Assembly (NCBI GenBank): GCA_035308005.1 | Contig: DATGHN010000078.1 | Coordinates: 1-57,011, forward strand | DNA: 57,011 nt | Source: Solirubrobacteraceae bacterium | GTDB lineage: Bacteria; Actinomycetota; Thermoleophilia; Solirubrobacterales; Solirubrobacteraceae | Reading direction: 5' to 3' | Shown here: piece by piece, positions 1 through 7,982 of the stretch | Numbering within the stretch: position 1 is the stretch's first letter | Layout: the number at the start of each line of letters is the position of its first letter | Notes under the pieces: generated by a model | Database searches by the model: none | Seen by the model: only the letters and a program-made list of their open reading frames with translations | Told to the model about the DNA's origin: nothing | Position numbers and translations under genes: made by a program

Positions 1-838
1 GAAGGTCGGCCTGGTCGCCGTTTCCGGCACGGACCTCGGCGATCGTGCGGTAGTGCTCGTTGTCGATCACGTCAAGGCCCTGGCCGAACCCGTAAGTGGT
101 GATCGTGCCCTGCCACCAGGTCAGCACCGGCGCGCCGGCGAGCTTCTGAACGCGCAGGTTCGTCGCGACAAGCGGACGCGGCAGCGGGTTGAACCAGACC
201 AGGCGGCCTGAGCCGTCGATGATCATCGGTCCGGCCTGGGCCGCCGCGCCGTAGGGGCCGAGGAACGTGTCGCCCGGCGCCTGTAGCGCCGAATGGACGT
301 TGACGGTCACGACCGGGGGCTGCAGGTCGGAGCGCGACACGAACGTCTGAAGCGACCCGGGCGCAAGCGCCTTCAACTTCTCGGGCCGCGGTGCGAGCTG
401 GTCCGGTTCGCCGACCGTGAACTGGTAGCCGAGCGGCTGCGGAGCAGCCGGCGGCAGCGCGAGCTGCGCCGAGACCGTGACGACCTCGCCCGGCGCAAAC
501 GGCGCCGCCGCGACGAAGCTCTCCCCGTCGCCATGCGAGTAGGCCACCAGGCGGCCGGTGTGGGCGCCGCTGACTGACCCGGTAACCGAGACGGCGCTCA
601 GGTCGGCGGCGGGAACACCCAGAAACGAGACCTCGGTTTGCGGTGCGGCGTCGGCGGCGCCGGGCATCGGCGAGACGGTCACCGCCCCATCAAGCAGCGC
701 CGAGGCGTCGACGGCGGCCGGCGTGCAGACCGGTCCGCTAGGCGGCGAGGCGGCGCCCGCCGCGAGCGCGGCCGGGAGCGCGCCAAGCAGTGCCAGGCAC
801 GTCAACGCGCCGAGCGTAAGCAGCCGCAGCGGAGCCAT
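1..838 (-). CDS. Arylsulfotransferase (ASST)-family beta-propeller protein, N-terminal part; the gene runs off the window start
   Basis: Not in the ORF track because there is no stop in the window. Manual reverse translation from ATG 838..836 gives MAPLRLLTLGALTCLALLGALPAALAAG (signal peptide) ...VTVSPMPGAADAAPQTEVSFLG...GESFV...WWQGTITTYGFGQG...EVRAGNGDQADL. It has no stops and is colinear with, and clearly paralogous to, the 2764..4608 protein. Confidence 0.7.
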   Translation of the reverse strand, partial: MAPLRLLTLGALTCLALLGALPAALAAGAASPPSGPVCTPAAVDASALLDGAVTVSPMPGAADAAPQTEVSFLGVPAADLSAVSVTGSVSGAHTGRLVAYSHGDGESFVAAAPFAPGEVVTVSAQLALPPAAPQPLGYQFTVGEPDQLAPRPEKLKALAPGSLQTFVSRSDLQPPVVTVNVHSALQAPGDTFLGPYGAAAQAGPMIIDGSGRLVWFNPLPRPLVATNLRVQKLAGAPVLTWWQGTITTYGFGQGLDVIDNEHYRTIAEVRAGNGDQADL

Positions 839-988
839 TTCAGAGCTCAAGATAGGCGAGGCGTCCGCCGGCGGTCGTTGAATGGCGGCGCGCGGTCGCA
901 AACACACTGCTAATAAGACCTTTTCGCGAGCAAACCGATGGCTTCGTAGGCTGTAGGACACGGGTGCGAGGAAGCCCCGAGCAGCAGA

Positions 989-2752
989 ATGCGCGACGAC
1001 GAGCCTGTACAGACGCAAGGAGAGGGGCGGATCGACCGCCGACGCTTCCTTGCCCGCACCCTCAAAGCGGGCGGCCTGATCACGGCCGCCTCGCTCGGCG
1101 CCGAGACCCTCTCAGATGCCGCGGCGACGACGACGACGGCCGGTCGCCGTCAGGCGATCGCCAGCCGCCGCTTCTCAGCGCAGCCGAACATCCTCGTGAT
1201 CGTCGTCGACCAGATGCGCGCGCCGCGCTGGTTCGGTCCCGGCGCCGGCGCTCCGGGCCTGCCCCCGAACATCGCCCGTCTGGCTCGCGAGGGCGTCAGC
1301 TTCCAGCGCCACTACACCGCCTCAAACGACTGCTCGCCGGCGCGCTCGACGATGCTGACCGGGCTGCACACACATCAGACCGGGTGCATGATCACGGGCG
1401 CGAGCACGCTCGACCCGGGCTTTCCGACATACGGCCGGATGCTGCGCGAGCAGGGCTATTCGACGACGTGGTACGGGAAGTGGCATCTGACCCGCGGTGA
1501 CCGATTCTGGAACGAGCTGAGCGGGCCTCCGGCGCTGGCCAGCTACGACTTCGACGGCGGGACATTCCCGTCGCCCAACGGCGCTCCGGGGCAGGGCTGG
1601 AGCATCGATCCGGTGATCGCCAGCCAGTTCGAGAACTGGTTTCGCCGCTCGGCCGGTAAGGGGCCATGGTGCACGACCGTCTCGTTCGTCAACCCCCACG
1701 ACATCGCCTGGTGGTGGCGCTGGAGCCGCGTCAGCGCCACCGAGGCTTCGGCGCCGAGCGCAATCGGCAAGCTGCCGCCCAACTTCGAGACGCCGGAGGA
1801 GCTGCGCGCCCGCGGCAAGCCGTCGGTCCAGCTCTCACTCCAGGACACAAGCGATCTGTCGTTCGGCAAGGTCCCCTTCCACGGCGCTGGCGTCACGCAG
1901 GCCTGGCTGCCGTTCCTCGACCTCTACGTGAAGCTCCAGCTCGAGGTCGACAGACAGGTCGGCGCGGTCCTTCGGACGCTGCACGCACGCCCCGAGATCG
2001 CCGCGAACACGATCGTGCTCTTCACTTCCGACCACGGCGAGTACGGCGCCTCGCACGGGCTGCGCGGAAAGGGCGCCGGCATGTACGAGGAGGGGATCAG
2101 GGTCCCGCTGATCATCCGCGACCCGACCGGCACGCTCGGCGCGAAGCCGAACACCCTGCGCCACCAGATCACCTCAAGCGTCGACCTGGCGCCGCTGCTG
2201 CTGACCATCGGCGCCGGCTCAAACGACTGGCGCAGCGACCCGCGCTACTCGCACATCTCAACGCGCGCGGACATCGCGCGGATGCTCCGCGACCCCGCCG
2301 CAAACGGTCGCGACCACGCACTGCACGTCACCGACGAGGTGCTGACCGAGTTCGCGCTGCTGCCCTACGCGGCCAGCGCGCCACTGCACGTCAAGGGCCT
2401 GGTCACCCACAACGCCAAGTACGCCACCTACAGCCACTGGCGCAACGGGACGCTCGAGCCGCTGCGGGCCGGACTCCAGACCGAGCTCTATGACTACCGG
2501 ACACGCGCGGGATACCAGGAGACCGAGAACACGGCCGGGAGCAGCCCGCGCGAGGCGCAGCTTGCGGCCGCGCTCGAGCAGGCGACGATCGAGGAACTTC
2601 GCGCCCCGCTTCCGTTCACCCTCGTGGCCGCGCAGCAGCGCGGCTTCGCCCAGTACCACGAGCTCGCCGCCGCGGAGCAGACGATCTCCGAGGTCCACCG
2701 CCTCAACGCCGTCGAGCGGATCGTGCGCGGTATCGAGCAGACCGTCGGCTGA
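989..2752 (+). CDS. Tat-exported type I (formylglycine-dependent) sulfatase
   Basis: ORF track 989..2752 (587 aa). Twin-arginine motif IDRRRFLARTL. Sulfatase N-terminus PNILVIVVDQMR. C-x-P-x-R signature in SNDCSPARSTMLTG. FTSDHGE and GKG motifs. The exact start is not proven. Confidence 0.9.
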   Translation: MRDDEPVQTQGEGRIDRRRFLARTLKAGGLITAASLGAETLSDAAATTTTAGRRQAIASRRFSAQPNILVIVVDQMRAPRWFGPGAGAPGLPPNIARLAREGVSFQRHYTASNDCSPARSTMLTGLHTHQTGCMITGASTLDPGFPTYGRMLREQGYSTTWYGKWHLTRGDRFWNELSGPPALASYDFDGGTFPSPNGAPGQGWSIDPVIASQFENWFRRSAGKGPWCTTVSFVNPHDIAWWWRWSRVSATEASAPSAIGKLPPNFETPEELRARGKPSVQLSLQDTSDLSFGKVPFHGAGVTQAWLPFLDLYVKLQLEVDRQVGAVLRTLHARPEIAANTIVLFTSDHGEYGASHGLRGKGAGMYEEGIRVPLIIRDPTGTLGAKPNTLRHQITSSVDLAPLLLTIGAGSNDWRSDPRYSHISTRADIARMLRDPAANGRDHALHVTDEVLTEFALLPYAASAPLHVKGLVTHNAKYATYSHWRNGTLEPLRAGLQTELYDYRTRAGYQETENTAGSSPREAQLAAALEQATIEELRAPLPFTLVAAQQRGFAQYHELAAAEQTISEVHRLNAVERIVRGIEQTVG

Positions 2753-2776
2753 GCCGAGCGCGATCAGCCGCTCGGC
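2753..2776. terminator. GC-rich hairpin between convergent genes (candidate bidirectional terminator)
   Basis: gccgagcg (2753-2760) pairs with cgctcggc (2769-2776) around an 8-nt loop. It starts 1 nt after the sulfatase TGA and overlaps the 3' end of the ASST gene. There is no U-tract. Confidence 0.3.
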
Positions 2777-4608
2777 GCGATCGCCGCCGAGGTCGCGAGA
2801 GTCTGCCCCGAGGAGCCGATCGCCTCGACCGCGACGAGCGCGGGGGAGGATTGCACCGGGATCGTCGTCTCAAAGCCGCTCTTGGGAGCGCTCGCGACCA
2901 CGCTCAGCGCGCTCCGCGACGACCCGCCCAGCACCTTCCAGCTGGCGACCGTAGTCGCTCCGTTCCAGCTGGCCTCAACGCTCAGGCCCGAGGCGCTGCG
3001 CTGCGCGGCGAGCGACGGCAACGTCTTCGGCTGGGCGCTCCAGGGCGCGAGGAAGGTGCGGAAGTCCTGCACGTTGGGCCCGAGCGTTGCGTCGAAGAGC
3101 ACCTGGCCCGAGCTCGTGTACTCGGTGAAGTTCGGTAGTCCGCCGTAGCCCATCAGCCAGTTGCCGCCGGGCAGGTTGAGCAGGTCGCCCTGACTCGAGG
3201 CCAGCAGCGTTTCGTTGGGGTTGGTGAACTGCTTGACGAGGGTGACCTCCTTCGTGGAGGTGTTGGGATCGATCAGCAGGCCGCGCGTCTGCTTCTCCTT
3301 CGGCGGGTTCGATCCGTTGTCGAACAGCGATACCAGTCCGCCGGGCTGCCAGCGGGCGTCGTGCTGCCAGTAGAAGAACGTGCCTGGCCCGCGCTTGAAG
3401 CTCGGGTACTTTCCGCCGATCCGCCAGATGAAGGCGCCGGTGTGCATGTTGACGTCGTAGACCGTCCAGGTGTTGCGAGCCGACAGCAGCAGCCCGTCGG
3501 GACCGGGGTCGATCGCGTTGATGTGGACGTAGTCCCAGTTGATCGTCGTGTGCGGCATCGCCGAGTAGGAGTCGCGTAGCGGGATGTGACCGAGCGCGTG
3601 CCACTCCCACATCACCAGGCCGGTCTTGATGTCGACCTCCTGCACGATCGAGTCGTTGACGACGGCGTGCGCCGATCCGCCGCTGGCGGAGAGGTTGAGC
3701 TCGACGGGGTCGAAGGCATCGAGCCACGCGGTCCCCTGTGGGGTGATCGTGAACTCGTGCAGGTCGGCGGAGTAGCCGTTTCCGGCGCGAACGCGGGCGA
3801 TCGGCTGATAGGCGGTGTTGTAGATCTCATCCTCGCCCTGGCCGAAGCCGAGCTTGAGGATCCGCCCCTGCCAGAACGTGAGCACCGTCTGACCCTCGTA
3901 GGTCTGCGGCTGGAGGTTCGTCGAGGAGTCGCCGGGTGGGAGGGGGTGAAACCAGACCAGGTTCCCGGTCTGGTCGACGATCATCGGACCGGCGCTGCCG
4001 GTCCCCTGGTAGGGCGCGAGGAAGAAGTCGCCCGGGGCGGCGCCCGGCTTGGCAGGCGTGGTGATCCGCACCGACGAGGGGCTCAGCGTGGGCGCGGAGA
4101 GGTAGTGCTGGACGTCGGCCGCGTTGCCCTTGTTGTTGGGGAACTCGGCCTGCGAAGAGGCCACCTCGAAGCCGACCGAGAAGCTCGTGTGCACGGTTGC
4201 GGTGCCCGAGCCTCCGCTGACCCGGGCGCTGACGGTGACCTTCTCGCCGGAGCTGAACGCCCGATTCGGGATGAAGCTCTCGCCGGTGCCGGTCGAGTAG
4301 GCCTCGATCCGCCCGGCGTGGCTGCCGCTGAGCGAGCCGACCGCCTTGACGTCGCTGACCTTCGTGCCGGCCGTGCCGAGGAAGCTGATCTGTGTGTCGG
4401 GCGAGGCGTCGCCGGTGCCCGGCAGCGGCGAGACGGTCACCGGGTTGACGGCCGCCGCTGCGACGTTCGCGAGGCGGATCGTCTTCGGTGGTGTCGCCGA
4501 AGGGGAACCTGCCCCGCCGCAGGCGGTTGCGGCGAAGATCGTCAGCGCCGCGGTGAATCCCGCCGCGCCGAATCCTTTTAGCTGCCGGCGGTGTGGGTGG
4601 GGGGGCAT
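2764..4608 (-). CDS. Arylsulfotransferase (ASST)-family secreted or lipid-anchored beta-propeller protein
   Basis: Long ORF 2764..5313 trimmed to the in-frame ATG at 4608, which has GGAG just upstream. The discarded 235 codons are Arg/Pro-rich and overlap the next gene. Signal/lipobox-like FAATACGG. Motifs ADLHEFTITPQG, WEWHALGHIP, WDYVHINAIDPG and FYWQHDARW are as in ASST/Arylsulfotran_2-type propellers. Confidence 0.85.
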   Translation of the reverse strand: MPPHPHRRQLKGFGAAGFTAALTIFAATACGGAGSPSATPPKTIRLANVAAAAVNPVTVSPLPGTGDASPDTQISFLGTAGTKVSDVKAVGSLSGSHAGRIEAYSTGTGESFIPNRAFSSGEKVTVSARVSGGSGTATVHTSFSVGFEVASSQAEFPNNKGNAADVQHYLSAPTLSPSSVRITTPAKPGAAPGDFFLAPYQGTGSAGPMIVDQTGNLVWFHPLPPGDSSTNLQPQTYEGQTVLTFWQGRILKLGFGQGEDEIYNTAYQPIARVRAGNGYSADLHEFTITPQGTAWLDAFDPVELNLSASGGSAHAVVNDSIVQEVDIKTGLVMWEWHALGHIPLRDSYSAMPHTTINWDYVHINAIDPGPDGLLLSARNTWTVYDVNMHTGAFIWRIGGKYPSFKRGPGTFFYWQHDARWQPGGLVSLFDNGSNPPKEKQTRGLLIDPNTSTKEVTLVKQFTNPNETLLASSQGDLLNLPGGNWLMGYGGLPNFTEYTSSGQVLFDATLGPNVQDFRTFLAPWSAQPKTLPSLAAQRSASGLSVEASWNGATTVASWKVLGGSSRSALSVVASAPKSGFETTIPVQSSPALVAVEAIGSSGQTLATSAAIAPSG

Positions 4609-4625
4609 CGTCTCCAGAAGGGACC

Positions 4626-5648
4626 CTAGCTGGGCGGCCGGTTGGCGAGGGCCGGTTGCGGTTCTCTGAGCGGCTCGGCAGGCGAGCGGCGCAGGCGGAT
4701 GAAGGCGATCGTCCCCCACAGCGCTGGTATCCACAGCGCGATCGCGTGGTAGACGACCGCGGCGGCCGTCGCGGGCGTCGCGTGCACGCCGTAGAGGACC
4801 AGCATGCCCACGAAGCTGCCCTCGAGAATGCCGATGTTGCCGGGGATCGGCAGCACGTTCGAGAGGTAGCCGATCTGGTAGGCGAGCACGATCACGGCCA
4901 GCGGCGGGCCGTGTCCGATCGCGTGAAAGCAAGCCCACAGCACGGCGATGTCGAACCACAGGAAGGCGAGCGCGCCGAGCACCCGCCAGTCCGGCGCGAA
5001 GAGCGTCCGGCGCGTGTCGCGGATCGTGCGCGCCGCGACGCGCAGCGCCGTGGCGATGCGCCCGCTGCCGCGCGCCTGCGCGCCGCGGTCGCCAAGGCGG
5101 GGGATCAGCAGGAAGAAGACGAACAGCGCGAGCGAGACGGCGCCCGGGACGATCGTCAGCAGCGGCTTGTTGGGGGCCGAGAAGATCCCGACGCCCGCGC
5201 CGATGCCGGCTACCGCGAGCGTCAGGGCATTGACCCCCGTCGTCAACAGAAACAGCACCGCTGAGCGCTCGGCGATCTCGCCCGTCGCCATTCCGCGCTC
5301 GCGAAGCAGCCACGCGCCGACGACGATGCTGCCGGCGCCGCCGAGTGACACTGCGGCTCCAAACGCCATCTCGGTCAGCGCGACGCGCGCGCCGAAGCGC
5401 AGCGGAGCGCGGTCGAAGACGCGCAGGAAGATCACGACGTAGCCGAGGCAGGAGAGGAGCTCGAAGATGAGGGCCGCGGCCAACCAGCCCGGTGACATGT
5501 CGCCGACCGCGTCGAGCACCCCGTGCAGCCCGGGGACGGCGAGCAGCAGACCCGCGACGAGCGCCGCGAGCACCGCGATCGAGATCAGGCCGTTACGAAG
5601 GCGACGTGCCTGGGCCGCCCCCGCGCCCTGGTGCGATTTCAACGCCAC
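4626..5648 (-). CDS. Polytopic membrane protein, LPG_synthase_TM / flippase-like (UPF0104) family
   Basis: ORF track 4626..5648 (340 aa, GTG start). About 8 hydrophobic segments. C-terminal YQIGYLSNVLPIPGNIGILEGSFVG pattern recalls the lysyl-PG synthase TM-region family (recalled, not searched). The stop lies 18 nt upstream of the ASST start on the same strand. Confidence 0.65.
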   Translation of the reverse strand: MALKSHQGAGAAQARRLRNGLISIAVLAALVAGLLLAVPGLHGVLDAVGDMSPGWLAAALIFELLSCLGYVVIFLRVFDRAPLRFGARVALTEMAFGAAVSLGGAGSIVVGAWLLRERGMATGEIAERSAVLFLLTTGVNALTLAVAGIGAGVGIFSAPNKPLLTIVPGAVSLALFVFFLLIPRLGDRGAQARGSGRIATALRVAARTIRDTRRTLFAPDWRVLGALAFLWFDIAVLWACFHAIGHGPPLAVIVLAYQIGYLSNVLPIPGNIGILEGSFVGMLVLYGVHATPATAAAVVYHAIALWIPALWGTIAFIRLRRSPAEPLREPQPALANRPPS

Positions 5649-5687
5649 GCTCTCACCGCGATGCTAGAGGGCGCTCCGGGCGGGCCG

Positions 5688-5846
5688 CTAATGGAGCGCC
5701 GCGGCGAAGGTGTAGATGACAATGCCCGAGACGGCGACGGCGAAAACGCGCAGCGCCCAGAGCCCCGCCCGTCCGAGCGGGGTGAGCGCGACCCGGGCGA
5801 CCGGCCGCGAGGTCTCGGCGACGAACTGGTCGCGCTCCAGGTGCAT
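5688..5846 (-). CDS. Small (52 aa) single-TM hypothetical protein downstream of the Nramp gene
   Basis: In-frame ATG at 5846 inside the rejected 5688..7097 ORF, preceded by GAGGAAGAGGAA. Sequence MHLERDQFVAETSRPVARVALTPLGRAGLWALRVFAVAVSGIVIYTFAAALH. It starts 20 nt after the Nramp stop. Confidence 0.35.
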   Translation of the reverse strand: MHLERDQFVAETSRPVARVALTPLGRAGLWALRVFAVAVSGIVIYTFAAALH

Positions 5847-5866
5847 GATCAGTTCCTCTTCCTCGG

Positions 5867-7210
5867 TCACGAGCTGACCACGCCTATCGTCTGTAGGAAC
5901 GAGTCGATGCCGTAGGCGGCGCCGCAGGCACCGACGAGCGTCGCCACGGCGATCGCCACGGCGTTGGTGGACCGGCGATTGGCGTGTCGCCCCATCAGGC
6001 CGCGGTCGTTGGCGAGCATGATCAGGAAGACCAGGCTGACCGGCAGCAGCACCGTCGCCAGGACGTTGGCGTTCAGCGCGATCGAGAGAAGCGGCGCGCC
6101 GGGGATCAGGATGACGACCGCCGCCAGCGCGGCGACGCCGAAGTCGGCGGCGTAGAACAAGACCGCCTCGCGCGGCGAGCTGTTGAAGCTGTGCGCCACC
6201 CCGACGCACTCGGCGGCCGCGTAGGCCGTGCTGGCGGAGATCGTCAGGATCGCCACGGCGCCGGCCTCGATAAGGCCGAGTGCGAAGACGCTCGCCGCGG
6301 CGCCGCCCGCGACATGGCCGAGCGCGCTCGGGAAGCCTGCCTGCGAGAAGGCGGAGATGCCGCCATGACCAAGCAGTGCGGCCCCGGCGACGAGCGCCCC
6401 GAGCCCGAACAGCGCCGCAAGCACGGCGCCGGCGGCGGTGTCCCAGCGCCCTTCGCAGATGTCGCGCGGCGTCATCCCCTTGTCGGCCGAGGCGCCCTGC
6501 TGGAAGAAGATCATCCACGGCGTGACCGTCGCGCCGATCGTCGAGGCCAGCAGCAGCAGCAGCGTGTTGAAGCTGCCCGGAAGGTGGGAGAAGCCGGCCG
6601 CCGATGCGCCGCCGAGGTGTGAGGAGGACAGCAGCGCCGCGACCAGGAAGAGCCCGTTGAAGAGCGCCAGGCCGAGCACGATCCGCTCCCAGCGCCAGTA
6701 GCGCCCGCCGCTGAAGGTGAACAGCACCGCCGCCAGTCCAAGCGCGACCGCGACGAGCGAGCCGAGGCCGAAGTAGGCGAGCCCGACGCGGATCGCGACG
6801 AACTCTGCGATCAGCGTGATCAGGTTGGTGAGCGTCAGGTCGGCCGCGGCGAACCAGCCCCACGCCGATCCGTAGCGCTGCAGGACGAGCTCGCCGTAGC
6901 CGCGGTGCGTCACGGCGCCGACGCGCATTGCCATCTCCTGCACCACGAAGGCCAGGGCGAACAGGACTGGGACGAACGGAACGAAAATGCCGAGTCCGTA
7001 CTGGGCGCCGTCGGAGGCGTAGGCGAGCATGCTCGGGCCATCGTTCTCGCCGAGCATCGCGAGGATTCCTGGGCCGACGAGGAGCCACAGCAGCCACCAG
7101 CGCCGGTTGCCGGCCCGCGCCTCGTGAACGCGCGAGCGATCGGCTGAACGCACCGCGTCCTGCTCGGTGAGCGGCGGGAGGGCGAGCGGTGCTGAGATGG
7201 CGGGGCGCAT
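5867..7210 (-). CDS. Nramp/SLC11-family divalent-cation transporter with non-canonical (NRMT-like) binding-site residues
   Basis: ORF 5867..7345 trimmed to ATG 7210, 4 nt after the regulator stop. Nramp TM1 region VGPGILAMLGENDGPSMLAYASDGAQYG and TM6 region STIGATVTPWMIFFQQ. The canonical DPGN and MPH motifs are replaced by DGPS and TPW. About 11 TM segments. Confidence 0.85.
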   Translation of the reverse strand: MRPAISAPLALPPLTEQDAVRSADRSRVHEARAGNRRWWLLWLLVGPGILAMLGENDGPSMLAYASDGAQYGLGIFVPFVPVLFALAFVVQEMAMRVGAVTHRGYGELVLQRYGSAWGWFAAADLTLTNLITLIAEFVAIRVGLAYFGLGSLVAVALGLAAVLFTFSGGRYWRWERIVLGLALFNGLFLVAALLSSSHLGGASAAGFSHLPGSFNTLLLLLASTIGATVTPWMIFFQQGASADKGMTPRDICEGRWDTAAGAVLAALFGLGALVAGAALLGHGGISAFSQAGFPSALGHVAGGAAASVFALGLIEAGAVAILTISASTAYAAAECVGVAHSFNSSPREAVLFYAADFGVAALAAVVILIPGAPLLSIALNANVLATVLLPVSLVFLIMLANDRGLMGRHANRRSTNAVAIAVATLVGACGAAYGIDSFLQTIGVVSS

Positions 7211-7214
7211 GCGT

Positions 7215-7892
7215 TCAGTCGCCGGCGTCGACGGCGACGCGCATCGCGCCGGCAAGGCGGCCGCCGATCGCATGCTCGTGCCCGCCGAATTCCACGAACA
7301 GCGGGCCGCCGAAGGGCTGGTGGTCGCGGACCTCGAAGCGGTCACCCGGGGAGATCCCGCAGCTGGCCAGATAGCGGAGCATCTCGGGGTCGGAGTCCGA
7401 TACGCGCACGAAGACCCCGCGGTCGCCGGAGTCGAGGCTCTCCATGCTCTGGGTCGCGGGCTCGTTGAGCTCGAGGTCGGCGCTTGGGATCGGATCGCCG
7501 TGGGGGTCCATCGACGGGTTGCCGAGCTTGGTCGCGATCAGCTCCTCGAGCTCGTCGGAGAGGACGTGCTCGAGCACCTCGGCCTCGGCGTGAACGCGAT
7601 CCCAGGGCATGCCGAGCGCATCGGCGAGGAAGCGCTCGAGGAGGCGGTGGTGGCGGATCACCTCGAGCGCCACGCGCCGCCCGGCGGGGGTCAGGCGCAC
7701 CCCGCGGTAGGGCTCGTGCGTGACGAGGCCCAGCTCGTCGAGCTTCTTGAGCATCGCCGACACCGAGCCGGGTGTGATGCCGAGACGCTCTGCGAGTGCG
7801 CTGGTCGAGACCGGCTCCTCGCCCCGCGACTGCAGCGCGAAGATCGCCTTCGCGTAGTCGTCGATCGCGGGAGAGCGGAGAGATTCGGCCAT
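7215..7892 (-). CDS. DtxR-family metal-dependent transcriptional repressor, Mn-type (MntR-like) selectivity residues, with C-terminal SH3/FeoA-like domain
   Basis: ORF track 7215..7892 (225 aa). wHTH TSALAERLGITPGSVSAMLKKL. HHRLLERFL dimerisation helix. Metal site HAEAEVLEHVLS. Asp and Glu sit at the positions of DtxR Met10 and Cys102 (AIDDYAKAIF, AEAEV). Confidence 0.9.
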   Translation of the reverse strand: MAESLRSPAIDDYAKAIFALQSRGEEPVSTSALAERLGITPGSVSAMLKKLDELGLVTHEPYRGVRLTPAGRRVALEVIRHHRLLERFLADALGMPWDRVHAEAEVLEHVLSDELEELIATKLGNPSMDPHGDPIPSADLELNEPATQSMESLDSGDRGVFVRVSDSDPEMLRYLASCGISPGDRFEVRDHQPFGGPLFVEFGGHEHAIGGRLAGAMRVAVDAGD

Positions 7893-7982
7893 CCCGATGA
7901 AATGTTATGGCATACCAAGAATTTGATCAAGGCAGGGTTGAGTTTCGACGGCGGTCCGTGCCGCGAGCTAGCGTGTCAGCCG
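7893..7982. promoter_or_regulatory. Divergent control region between the DtxR-Nramp operon and the CDF exporter
   Basis: A 90-bp intergenic region, locally AT-rich (gatgaaatgttatggcataccaagaatttgatcaagg) in a ~70% GC context. It contains a 9-bp palindrome TATGGCATA (7906-7914) with only a weak match to the IdeR/DtxR box. The operator assignment is tentative. Confidence 0.4.

Noticed and set aside
4609-5313. N-terminal extensions of track ORFs (2764..5313; likewise 7167..7982, 8771..8959, 20019..20258, 21078..21788, 26954..27082, 27979..28713, 34497..35057, 37437..38330, 39815..39970, 41731..41850)
   Set aside because: The extensions overlap the neighbouring upstream gene or a regulatory palindrome and have shadow-like composition. 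In each case an in-frame start with an SD sequence or a stop-start overlap gives a protein of canonical length.
5688-7097. 469-aa ORF on the minus strand overlapping the Nramp gene in another frame
   Set aside because: It is extremely Arg/Ala/Pro/Gly-rich (RRRRR runs) with no motifs, a typical alternate-frame shadow of a high-GC gene. Only its last 52 codons (5688..5846), which lie outside the Nramp CDS, are kept as a candidate small ORF.
7893-7982. Metal riboswitch (czcD/NiCo or yybP-ykoY Mn type) in the CDF leader
   Set aside because: I could not recognise the conserved cores of either class, and the leader is short. A protein operator for the adjacent DtxR-family regulator is the simpler explanation. 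An Rfam scan would settle it.
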